Shown in pieces: positions 13,322 through 26,150 of a DNA stretch of 64,000 nt. Source of the stretch: Octopus vulgaris (taxonomy: Eukaryota). Positions within the stretch are counted from its first letter, which is position 1. Every line of letters starts with the position of its first letter. The position numbers and the translations under genes were made by a program. The notes beneath the pieces were generated by a model, which saw only the letters and a program-made list of their open reading frames with translations, was not told the origin of the DNA and did no database searches. The stretch covers positions 72,974,001-73,038,000 of the forward strand of contig OX597828.1 of the NCBI GenBank assembly GCA_951406725.2, in the 5' to 3' direction.

Positions 13322-14270
13322 TATCAAATATTCAATGATGAAGGAAAGGATCAGAAGAGAATGTTATCACAAGAGTAAGGGTAATACTCAAGACAGAGCT
13401 GAATGCAAGAAACAGGATCGAAGCGATCAATACTTTAGCCATACCGGTCGTGACTTACAGTTTCAATATCATTAACCGGTCAATTACTGTAATATGTAAT
13501 CTTGACAGAAAAATACGAAAATTGTTGACAATGCATAGAATGCACCACCCTAAGGCAGATATAGTACGACTTTACCTGCCAAGAAAAGTCGTACTCTATC
13601 TGTGACTTTTTCAGCTGGAAGTAACAATGAAGATTGCCTCAATTGGCCTTAAGACCTACCTGAAAAACTCTAATGACTGGATGTTAAAACTTTGTCTTAA
13701 AGCACGAAAACAAGAAAGCTTCATACTCAGTAACTAAACAGGTAAAAGAATATCTCAGTGAATTCCAAATACAGCAAATCTCAGAATTAGACGTACTGGA
13801 AACAAGCACAGAAAAAGCTAAGCGTACGAAAACCCGTCCTAAAATTGCTGCCTTAGAAATGTCTTACATACAAATGGCAAGAAAATCTTCTCAATGGCAA
13901 ATACCCAAACAGAGACAATAAGGCCGATGTTGACAAAACCGTTATCCATCAGTGGTTAGTGTCTTCTGGCTTAAAATCAGAAACAGAAGGGTTTATCATA
14001 GCAACCCAACATCAATGCCTACCTACCAGGAACTACCAGGCCAACGTATTAAAAAACGACGGCAGCCCAACATGTCGTGTATGTAAACAACAAAATGAAA
14101 CCACTGATCATGTCTCTGTGTGCAGTCTTCTTGCACCTACAGAATATCTCAACAGTCATGATAGAGCTGCATAATATATTCACTGGGTAATTGTTGTCTC
14201 TTGAGGTCTCTGGGTGAGACTTGGTATCAACTTGTACAAATACAATCAAAGAGTCAGTCATATAAGAATG
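13322..14270 (+). mobile_element. R4/Dong-like non-LTR retrotransposon relic 2
   Basis: Peptides ILKTELNARNRIEAINTLAIPVVTYSF, RMHHPKADIVRLYLPRK and SSGLKSETEGFIIATQHQCLPTRNYQANVLKNDGSPTCRVC..ETTDH..C..SHD. Starts after (TAA)n at 13269-13320. Confidence 0.88.
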
Positions 14271-14320
14271 ATAATAAGAATAAGAATAAGAATATTATCA
14301 TTATTATTATTATTATTATT

Positions 14321-15482
14321 TATGGGCTTTTCTTCTTCTTTCAAATTTGCTTCTATTTCTTGCCGAGTGTCTTCCCGACTCCTAGGGCAAAGTTTACATT
14401 GGTAGGCCATTAAACTATACTCACTAGTTCGTTCATTTTTTTTTTATAGAAATAAAGTTAAATTAAAATACATGGGTAGTAATAGTTCTCACATCGACAA
14501 TGCTCTTCTCAATACGTGTGATGTACCAGTTAAGACAATCTTTTGCACTTCTTGCAGGGATGGTAAGCCAGGGATCATTCTCATATAATTTCGGTTCCCT
14601 TCTTGATCATTCCTAGTGCTCCTACAATCACTGGTATTGTAACCGCCTTGAGATGCCACATTTTCTCAATTTCAATGAGCAGGTCTTTATATTTTCTGAG
14701 CTTGTCAAATTCTTTCGCCGAGATATTATGATCACAGGGGATGCTCATGTCGATCAATAAGCAAACTTTATTGTTTTGGTCTTTCACAACAATATCCGGT
14801 TTATTGGCTTTGATGGTTCGGTCTGAATGTACTGGAAAGTCCCACAGAATCGTTACACTTTCTCCTTCAGTTACAGCTTCAGGGTGGTGATTATACCACT
14901 TGTCGGCAGTTTTGATATTGTAATGCCGACTTATTAGCCAGTGTAGATATTGGCCAACTCTGTCATGTCTTAATTTATACTCCACTGGTGCTAAGACTTT
15001 ACATCCAGAGATTAGGTGGTCCACTGTTTCAATCATGTCGTTGCAGAATCGGCATTTTGGGTCTGCTCCATTTTTCATCACATTGGCCTGGTAGTTCCGG
15101 GTTAATAGGCTTTGATCTTGAGCAGCCAGGATGAAACCTTCGCTCTCTGCTTTTAGCCCTGAGCTCCGTAGCCACTGATGGGTTTGCTTCTGGTCAACAT
15201 CAGCTTGTTTGCTACGGGCCACATATTAGCCGTGCAGAGGTTTCTCCTCCCACCTATCAGCCAATTGCTCGTACGCCTTTTTCGTTGCCATTATTTTCAC
15301 CTTCTTTGCAACAATAGTTGCCGTACTTCCCTCGGGTTGTTCAGTTTGGGTATCCTGCACGAGATCAATAGCAATATTTTTGCTTTCCTTTATGATAGAA
15401 TGAAGCTTCTTTCGTCTCTCGTGATTTTCCACGAGCTTTAGCATCCAGTCATTCGTTATTTCGAGATATTTGGCCAGTCCAA
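14321..15482 (-). mobile_element. R4/Dong-like retrotransposon relic 3, with CCHC knuckle and restriction-like endonuclease (RLE) domain
   Basis: ORF 14581-15222 contains CRFC..ETVDHLISGC (CCHC), RHD, W..H.P, ILWDF, KPDIVV..LIDMSIP..K..KY and PVIVGALG. Frameshifted continuation in ORF 15226-15482. Flanked by (TAA)n/(CAA)n. Confidence 0.93.
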
Positions 15483-15562
<80 letters not shown>

Positions 15563-15564
15563 GC

Positions 15565-15645
<81 letters not shown>

Positions 15646-15854
15646 TAATATGGCAAATGTAATATTAAAGTTATTGTTATTGAGCATTCATTTATGTATG
15701 TGTATTAAAATGTTTATTGATATGTATTTCTAAGTTAATATTTATAATATTATTTTCTTTTATATAGATGCAAAGCGGCATGAATTCCATCGTACCAATG
15801 ATTGTATAAATTTATGTTTATTTGTCTCTAAATTATATGTTAGTTGTTAAGGCA

Positions 15855-15925
15855 CGGTTACTGATGAGAATTCGCCTAGTAAATTATTCTATTTGCTAAA
15901 GAAATCTGAAACCTAGGTATAACCG
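15855..15925 (+). ncRNA. type I hammerhead ribozyme motif (Penelope/retrozyme-like)
   Basis: CGGTTA-CTGATGA-G..TAGTAAAT(TATTCT)ATTTGCTA..-GAAAC-CTAG-GTA-TAACCG. Gives a 6-bp stem I, intact core boxes, a palindromic loop III and a GUA cleavage triplet. The base of stem II is imperfect. Confidence 0.7.
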
Positions 15926-16082
15926 CAAAAAATAACATGGTAAAAGTTTATATTTTTCATCGCCTTCAAAAATTGCTCTTAAATGTGGATTTGGTCGTTT
16001 TGACTGCTTCTTCTAGCGTGTAAAAATTACCTGTTAAAGGTAGTTTTCTCTTGTGTTTAAATGTACACTAATTTTTATTGAG

Positions 16083-16121
<39 letters not shown>

Positions 16122-16255
16122 GATATATATGTATGTATGTTTAGCACTTTTCCGATGGCCGGATAACTAAGAGATGGCGGCGTGGACTTCTACCTCGGCA
16201 TCCGAAACGCGGAGTTTTATCATGGCTACTGAATAATTGTCACATACTACATTTA

Positions 16256-16904
<649 letters not shown>

Positions 16905-17602
16905 TCATCATGTTATTCCCATGAAAACTAAGCGTGACACATATTTTTCAGGATTATACTAAGGAAGTGTCGTTCTGTTTTAAAACAACAAACTTGGATA
17001 AAAAGAAGAAAAATCATATCAGACAAAAGCCCCACCCCCCAAGACGCCTGATCCAGGTTTGAATAACAACAGACGCAGCAACAACAAACGTACAATAATT
17101 ATTGTAATTTTGTGGATGTTATGCGTGGCGCTCTTTGACAGATAGATTTTAATGGTCGCCAAGCGTATGTTATTACAGTCAGGTGCAATAAAACATGAAT
17201 GCAGTTCGCAATTTGTCTTACGGCAACATGGTTGCACATTTACAGCAGCTTTGATGCTCAACTGAACTACCTACTTTATGTCTTATGCACTCACACATAC
17301 AGATAAACGCGCGCGCACTCACACACTCTCTCACACACACATGCACATACACACACACACACACGAAAAGCATATGTTCACACACAAACAAAATATGTGC
17401 ATTTCTGTGTGTTTCTATGCTTGTACATATAACAGTAGATGTGCATATATATACACATATATATATATATATATACATATACATACATATATATATATGA
17501 AACAAGATATATGTGTTGCTTTCTGCTTATGTATATTACATATACGCGTTTATATATATATATATACATGCACACATATACGTATATATACGCTCACACC
17601 CA

Positions 17603-17753
17603 CGCAGGCGTGGCTCTGTGATAAGAAGCTTGCTTCCCAACCACATGGTTCTGGGATCAGTCTCACTGCGTGGCATTTCTTCTACTATAGTCTCGAGATG
17701 ATGAAAGCCCTGTGAGTAGATTTGGTAGACGGAAACTGAAATAAGCCTGTCGT
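17603..17753 (+). mobile_element. family B SINE 5' module
   Basis: GCAGGCGTGGCTCTGTGATAAGAAGCTTGCTTCCCAACCACATGG...GGAAACTGAAATAAGCCTGTCGTAT. Confidence 0.8.
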
Positions 17754-18170
17754 ATCATCATCATCATCATCATCATTCATTTAGCGTACGTTTTCCATGC
17801 TAGCATGGGTTGGACGGTTCAACTGGGGTCTGGGGAGCCCGAAGGCTGCACCAGGCCAGTCAGATCTGGCAGTGTTTCTACAGCTGGATGCCCTTCCTAA
17901 CGCCAACCACTCCGAGAGTGTAGTGGGTGATTTTATGTGCCACCGACACAGGTGCCAGACGAGGCTGGCGAACGCCCACGCTCGGATGGTGTTTTTTATG
18001 TGCCACCGACACAGGTGCCAGACGAGGCTGGCAGACGGCCACGCTCGGAGGGTGCTTTTTATGTGCCACCGACACAGGTGCCAGATGAGGCTGGCGAACG
18101 GCCACGATCGGATGGTGTTTGTTACGTGCCCGCAGCACGGAGGCTAGTCGATGCGGTACTGGCTACGGCC
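17754..18170 (-). mobile_element. retroposon 3' end with RTE-like tail, (GAT)n terminus and internal 63-bp tandem repeat
   Basis: On the - strand: TGGTTGGCGTTAGGAAGGGCATCCAGCTGTAGAAAC...AACCCATGCTAGCATGGAAAACG..(GAT)n. 63-bp units at about 17931, 17994 and 18057. Confidence 0.75.
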
Positions 18171-18181
18171 ACGTTGTGCAC

Positions 18182-18306
18182 ATAAGAAACAAGGATATCA
18201 AGATATTAGTGCATTACGATCGTTTCCATCTGCTCTATTTAATCGAACAATGTAGCTGCCTGAAACGGCTGTAATGCACTAATACCTTGACATCCTTGTT
18301 ACTTAT
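18182..18306. repeat. inverted repeat (45-bp arms) built from hammerhead 3'-half sequence
   Basis: 18182-18226 is the imperfect reverse complement of 18262-18306. Each arm starts GAAAC-NNNN-GTA. Confidence 0.85.
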
Positions 18307-18405
18307 TTGCTTTTCATTCACCTTACTTCGAGCGAGCTGTGCAGGTAATTCCTGAGAGACTTGGTGCCTAATTCAACTGAATCTTAATTAATCCTTATAC
18401 ATATA

Positions 18406-18443
<38 letters not shown>

Positions 18444-18489
18444 GATAGATAGATAGATAGATAGGTAGGTAGGTAGGTAGGTAGGTAGG

Positions 18490-18557
<68 letters not shown>

Positions 18558-18727
18558 AAAGTAAATGATGACAGTAACTTCTAAATTCCGCTTCATTTGG
18601 GTCTGTCAAACGATAAAGTATGTTAAGTGCTTCTGAAGACGCTTATATATTTTTTGCACATCTTGTGAGCGGAGCGTAGTGCTTGCAGCGGAGGAATAGC
18701 TTAATAGTATATATTTTGGTATATGAA

Positions 18728-18958
18728 GGCGTCGAACTGGCAGAGTCGTTAGCACGCCGGGCGAAATGCTTAGCGGTATTTCGTCTGCCGTTACGTTCTG
18801 AGTTCAAATCCCGCCGAGGTCGACTTTGCCTTTCATCCTTTCGGGGTCGATAAATTAAGTACCAGTTACGAACTGGGGTCGATCTAATCGACTTAATCCG
18901 TTTGTCTGTCCTTGTTTGTCCCCTCTGTGTTTAGCCCCTTGTGGGTAGTAAAGAAATA
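18728..18958 (+). mobile_element. family A1 SINE, full length, 22-bp TSD
   Basis: AGTATATATTTTGGT(A/G)TATGAA at 18706-18727 and 18959-18980 flanks the element. Confidence 0.93.
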
Positions 18959-19552
18959 AGTATATATTTTGGTGTATGAAATTTAAGGCGGGGAAGAAGC
19001 AAAGAAAGAGTAGTGTAAGATAAAAATGGCGGCAAGCGAGAAGGAAAATGAAAGAAAAATAGAAATTGTATACGATTGTGACGTATAAGCGAAAAATGCT
19101 AGAAATATGATTCTTCCTAGGCTGTGTCATTTACCTGGTAATTTAGTAGGTAAGAAATTGAATTGGTTTTAGCTTAGAAAGAGTTGATTTTGTATTAATA
19201 TTTTATATCATGAAAGCTTGTTTGTAAGATCATGTGCTAGGTTTGTATAGGAGCACAGCTCAATGACATGGCTTGTGTCGAACGGTCGCAACCAAACTCA
19301 CCCTAAATCATGCAAGAGGTTTTTATTTAAGTATTGACTGAGGTAAATAAAAAGAAATTTCAGTATTTGATGCTTCAATAAATGAATATTTAATTCGAAT
19401 GTTACAACAATGTGAAGAAGCGCATTGTGACCAGCGGTGTACAGCAACATATCTGGACGATACAGTGATACAGTGAGAATACATTTTGGTAGTTGCTGTG
19501 TGTCATTGTTCTAAACTAAGACCACATTACAATTACGAAAATGTATTCAAAT

Positions 19553-19960
<408 letters not shown>

Positions 19961-19969
19961 ATATATAAT

Positions 19970-20005
<36 letters not shown>

Positions 20006-20149
20006 TAAATACACACACACATACACACGCACACACACACACACACACACAAATACAAACACATACACACGCACACATACACACATACACGCACACACAC
20101 ACACACACACACATACAGACGCGGGTACACACACGCACACACAAAATCC

Positions 20150-20164
20150 ATCAGCCCTCTCTGT

Positions 20165-20203
<39 letters not shown>

Positions 20204-20523
20204 TCTCAATCTGTCCGTCATTCTGTCTGCGTGTCTGTTTTTTTCTCATTCTCGCTAATTCCTCTCATTCATCCACTCTCACTCTCACTCTCACTCTCTC
20301 TCTCTCTCTCCCTCTTCCCTCTTCCCTCTCTCACCTCTCCTACCCTCTTTATGTAGTGTGTGTGTGTGTGTGTCTGCAGCAGTCACCACCAACAGCTTAC
20401 GCGCACCAAATCTCTCCTCTCCTCTCCTCTCTTATATCAAAAACGTTTGTCGTCGACCAACTTCAGTGCAACGCTTGTCATTAAAACCACTCATATCCAT
20501 CACAACCTTCTCTGCTGGTAAGT
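20150..20523 (+). promoter_or_regulatory. candidate CT-rich promoter and non-coding first exon ending at donor CTG|GTAAGT
   Basis: (CT)n-rich tract, a short unique segment, then a perfect GTAAGT at 20518-20523. Its link to the downstream gene is conjecture. Confidence 0.3.
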
Positions 20524-20585
20524 AACAGCAAAACTGCTCTTTGCAGCTTACACCAAAACACATTATTTTTACACACAAACTAATT

Positions 20586-20620
<35 letters not shown>

Positions 20621-21784
20621 AAGGTTAGTATTGCTAATATATTTTTCTTGCTGTTTCTTTTCGCTGCTTGTTATTGTAGTTACTGCTATTGTTGTTGTCA
20701 TCTCACTCAGGGGCAATATCAGTCGAGTTGGTGGTATATCATAATCAGAAGTAATCTAACCGTGACCATCCTATATTTTTTTCTTTTCTATATTTGTTCT
20801 TTTTTTTTTTTTAAGATATTCTATATCCAAACTTTGCACAAACATCTCTGTTTTATGAGGTGGAAAAGGTGTGTTGAATTGAGAAAGATTTAGCTGCTAT
20901 TTCTAGCACAATGTGGTTCACTCTCTGATTCTTTCTAAGGTAGATGCTGCGGATATGTTCGTGTTGTTATGCCTATTGTTGCGGTTGTAGTGTGTTTGTG
21001 TTGTGATGCTTTTTTTGTTACTATGGTTGCGGTTGTGGTGGTTATTATCTTACATCTCTCATCCTTGATCTTTTGCTTGTTTAGTCAATAGACTGTGGCC
21101 ATGCTGGGGCACCACTTTGAAGAAGTTTCAGTTGAATGAATCGAGCCCACTGCTTATTTTTTAAAGGTCGGCATTCGGGCGCGGTCCTACGTGTTTTTCG
21201 AAAAAAAGGGCACAATGTCGAAGGGAATGCATTTCTAGGAGGAAAGGACATAATAACATTATTTAGAAGAGTGAACTTCTTTCCTTGAGGAGGGCACGTC
21301 CCCCTCAGGCCCCCTTTTTGGGGGGTCTGCCCCTGGATACGTATTCTATCCGCCTCTTTCGCCGAGTCACTAAGTTACGGGGACGTAAACACACCAACAC
21401 CTGTTGTCAAGCGGCGGTGGGGAACGAACACAGGCATATAGACACATACGCACGCACGCACGCACACTACGACGCACGCACGTGCCCACACATGTATATT
21501 TGGTAAAGGGAAACTGAAAGAAGCCCGTGTCATTTGGTTGGACACTTGGTGAAATCGTTCGTGATATTCATCTATTCTCTTACTTGTTGCAGTCATTTGA
21601 CTGCGGCCACGCTGGAGCACCACGTTTTTTGATGATTGTTGTAGTGGTGGTTCTGTTATGATTGTTGTAAAGACCATCGTTGTTGCTGTTGTTGTGTTGT
21701 CGCCGTCGGGGGCAGCGCCTGTGATGCTATGGCAAAAAGAAAAAAAAAGTCGCTTGTTAATTTAACTGGTTCCCCGTCGGTTAA

Positions 21785-22238
21785 TGCGATGAGTGTTCCA
21801 GTTGATCCTATTAACCGAACAGCCTGCTGATAAAAAAAAATCAACGCCAGCACGTGGCTGACAGCTTCGCCGCAGACATGATGTACTTCTCAGGAACAAT
21901 CAGCATGACGCAAAATGTGACAAGGCCGTCCCCCTTGTATTACAGGTACAAATAATTTTTTTCCCCAGATGAGTGGACTAGAGCAACATGAACTAAGGTG
22001 TCTTGCTCAAGGACAAAACACACCACCAGGAATCGAACTCATGACCTTACTATTGTGAACCGAATACCTATTTCTTTATTACCCACAAGGGGCTAAACAC
22101 AGAGGAGACAAACAAGGACAGACATAGGTATTAAGTCGATTACATCGACCCCAGTGCGTAACTGGTACTTAATTTATCGACCCCGAAAGGATGAAAGGCA
22201 AAGTCGACACCCTAACCACTCAACCACGTGCCTTCACC
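21785..22238 (-). mobile_element. old SINE with D-type head and C-type tail, containing a nested family A1 3' fragment (22068-22209)
   Basis: Head GTGAAGGCACGTGGTTGAGTGGTTAGGGT is split by the A1 fragment. It continues TTGAGCAAGACACC.., then GGCCTTGTCAC..CAGGCTGTTCGGTT as in family C. Confidence 0.75.
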
Positions 22239-23658
22239 TGATGTTAACGATGGCTTTATGAGAGGTTGTTTTGTAGTTGGAGGTCTTAGTTATATGCTGT
22301 GGTGTGGCTATAGTTGTTGTTAGGGTTGTAGTGCGGTTATGGTGTGGTGTCACTGTAGTTATGGTTGTATTCCATGATTTGGTTTTAGTCAGGGCCTGTA
22401 AGGAGGAGTTTCAGCCACCACATCGGTCTGGGGGAATTGAAACCCAAGAATGGCCAGTGGCTATCATCTTGGCCCCTCCGTAAACCCTCACTGACCTTGA
22501 AATATGAGAGCACTCCACCTCCCAGGGCCCGAAGCATTTTTGCTTTCCTTTGCCCAATTTCTGTCGGAGACGGTGATTATGATGGATTTGGGAGGAATTT
22601 CGGAATAGCGGTCATTCGAAGTGCAACACATAATGGGAAAGGATAAAGGGAGATTTCTCTCTCTCACTCTGTCTCTGTCTGTCTGTCTGTCTGTCTGGCT
22701 CTCTCTCTCCCCCTCTCTCTCCCTCTCTCTCTCTCTCTCTCTCCCTCTCTCTCTCTCTCTCCCTCCTCAGTTTTGGGTGTTCCTCTGTCTCATAAAACAG
22801 AAATTGTGATTCCGGAAATCAATAAAAAATTCCACAAATTCTAAGATTTTAGATTTTCGCCTCCATAAGCGGAAACTCCAATACGCTTTTCCTTTCCGAG
22901 GAGGTATACGACTTCGAAGAACACCGAATCCAAAATTCTGTCGAGATTATGTGTTACAGTTGCAGTTATATCTATGGTTGGGATCGCTGTGGTTTCTGTG
23001 ATAGTTGAGATTACTATCATAGTTCTGGTTGTGGTTAAGATAGTGGTTTGTGGATGTGGCTGTAGCTGCAGTTGTGGTTATGCTTTAATCGATTTTGAGT
23101 TTGTAGTTGCTGTTATTGTTGTGTGGTTGTTCAGGAAACTAATACACAATGCTTTGTTTAATAGTTTAGTCAGAGGATGAGGGTCAATGTTCTGCCCATC
23201 TTCTTAAATAGGTCTGCCCATCCTCTTAAATAGGGAAGAGGAGTAGCCAATGTTCTCCTCAAAGCGGGGACTGACCACAATACATACAACAGAGTGTAAA
23301 CTACATTAAAGACCAGTAAATTGGTTAGGTGGTGGTGGGTAGATTCTACCCTACCGAAAAGAAGCAGCACCCTTCTTTAATGAGGTCAATCCTTTGATAC
23401 TTGTGTACTACGTCATACACCCACCCAGCTTTCTTCCAGGACATAGATATAGAGGCTAGGCTGAAAAATGCGGGTGAATAGCATTGTCTCTGCACACTGA
23501 CACTCTTTAGACCAATATCAAAGGAAAACCTTTAAGCAGTTATCTCACAGTTCTGTCGATTAAATATAACTCACAAGGGTTATCCTGACAGGAGGCAATA
23601 ATAAGAGGTAATTGTCAATCAAAGTAGCCCTGAAATAGAATCGAACACGGAACTATAT

Positions 23659-23874
23659 CAATGGTTTTCAACTGCGGTCGATATGGCTCTTAGGGACATC
23701 TATGTCTCTCGAGGGCCCATATGGCTCTCGAGGGCCCATATGGCTCTTGAGGGCCAATATGGCTCTCGAGCGCCCATATGGCTCTCGAGGGCCCATATGG
23801 CTCTTGAGGGCTGATATGGCTTTTGAGGGCTGATATGGCTCTTGAGGGCTCATATGGCTCTTGAGGGTCGATAT
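23659..23874. repeat. 19-bp minisatellite (CATATGGCTCTCGAGGGCC)~10, just inside a probable hAT-type MITE end
   Basis: About 10 units from 23677 to 23874, preceded by CAATGGTTTTCAAC. A related end occurs in reverse at 28620-28672. Confidence 0.85.
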
Positions 23875-24109
23875 AATATTTTGTTGTTTAAATTTATGTG
23901 CAATAAATTGATTATTCTACTTAAATACAGAAAATATTTGGTACTCCAGCATGGCTGCAGTCAAATGACTGAAACAAGTAAATGACTAGATGACTAACTA
24001 TTCTTTTATACAATTCCCAATAATATTTTGTTGCAAAAATATAGTAGAATTTTTTAATATATACATCAAATGGCTAAGAAGGCCTAGCAGAGTAAAACAG
24101 GAGACAAAG

Positions 24110-24560
24110 GGGCCCAGTGCTCCATTGGTGCTTAATTTATTTTTCCCGAAAGGATGAAAGACAATGTCAACCTCGGCAGCTTTTCAACACGGAAGGTAAA
24201 GGCGGACAAAATGCCGCTAAGCATTTTTTCCGACGTGCAAACGATTCTACCAGCTCACTGCCTTTATATAGAAATTAACCTTTCTACTACATGGACAGAG
24301 GCTGAAATTTTCAGGGATAGTGGTCGGGGTCGTGGTCGAGGTGTTGGCGGCGGCAGCGACGGTGGTGGTGGTGGTTGTGGTGGCAGGGTTAACCGATTAC
24401 ATCGACTCCAGTACTAAACTGCTACTTATTTTATCGACCCCGGCGGATTTTGAACTTCGAGCATAAAGACAGACGAAATGCCACTATACGTTTTGCCCGG
24501 TGTTGGTGTGTTTCTGTCCCCTTAAATAACAATTCTACCAACTTGCAGAATCGTTAGCAC
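24110..24560 (-). mobile_element. degenerate family A SINE copies
   Basis: CCCGAAAGGATGAAAGACAATGTCAACCTCGGC and CGATTACATCGACTCCAGTAC..TATCGACCCC. Confidence 0.7.
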
Positions 24561-25497
24561 CTTCTACCAATAGTAATTATAGTCATTTTCGCTGTATGGT
24601 GATGATGATATTGTTGTAGCGGTGGTAGTTGTAAAGTGGTGATTATATTGTTGTTATGGTAATGCAGTTGTTCTTGTTGTTGCAGTTGTGGCTCTCTTAA
24701 CAGCGGTGGTTGTTCTTCACTTCAAATATTGTTGTTGTTTTATTAATCGCTAATTTCTTTCAGTCGTTAGACTGCGGCCATGCTGGGGCACCGACTTGAA
24801 AAAATTGTAGTCGAATGCATCGACCGCAATGCCTATTAATTATTTTAAGTTTGGTACTTATCCTATCGGTTTCTATTGCCGAACCACTAAGTCCAGGTGA
24901 CGAAAACAAACCAGCACCGGTTTTCAAGCGGTAGTGGAACAAACACACACACACACACACACACATACATTTTTATAAGTACATGCATATGTCTCTATAT
25001 ATCTGTCTCTCTATCGATCTTCTCTCTCCTCTCTCTCTCACTCTCGCTATATATATATATATATATATATATATACTTATATTATATACTTATTATATTA
25101 TATTAAGCTTTTTAATACCTTTTTGATAGTTATATTTAAAAAATAAATAAATAAATAAATAAATAAATATAAATGTTAAAAAATTAAAAGTTTAAAAATT
25201 TATAAATTTAAAATTTAAAAAATATAAAAAGATATAAAAATTTATAAATATAAATTAAAAATTTTAAATTTAAATAATTTAATTTTAAATTTTATATTTT
25301 AAATATTTTGTATATTGTATTATATTTATTTTTATGCTTTGGTTTATGTTTTTCACTGTTTCATTTGCCTAATAGTGGTTTTATCTCTAATTTAATTGAT
25401 ATATATATATATATATATATGTATATAGGGCACGTAGGGAGAGAGAGACAGCTGCATAAACACACGCACATACACACATACACGCACACACACATAT

Positions 25498-25552
<55 letters not shown>

Positions 25553-25624
25553 ATATATAATAATCCCTTCTATTCTAGGCACAAGGCCTAAAAGTTTGGC
25601 CGAGGGGTTAAGTCGATTACATCA

Positions 25625-25705
<81 letters not shown>

Positions 25706-25982
25706 TGTATGCATGTATTTATGTGTTTATCGCTTTCTCTCCCTCTCTCTTTCCATACATAAATAATTGTGGCGTACAATCAGCTGACGAGGTGGGTGAC
25801 TAGGCTGGAGGTTTTAATAACAGGTCCACCTGTTCTGACCAACTTCCTTCGTTTCTGTCTGTCCAGTTTCAATCACAAGGTTTGTGGTCGATTCGTAATC
25901 GCGAAATAATCTTCTTAATCATACAGGCATGGACGGTAACATGAATGAACACTCGCGCGCTCGTGCAAGCACACTTATGCAC

Positions 25983-26014
<32 letters not shown>

Positions 26015-26073
26015 ATTTGTGTATTTGGTTTTAATATTTGTGTCTGTGCATATACAGTTATATATGTGTGTAT

Positions 26074-26150
<77 letters not shown>

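Noticed and set aside
18632-18680. CTGAAGA-CGCTT..GAGCG-GAGCGTA hammerhead-like motif (also CTGACGAG at about 25785)
   Set aside because: There is no GAAA box and no stem I pairing.
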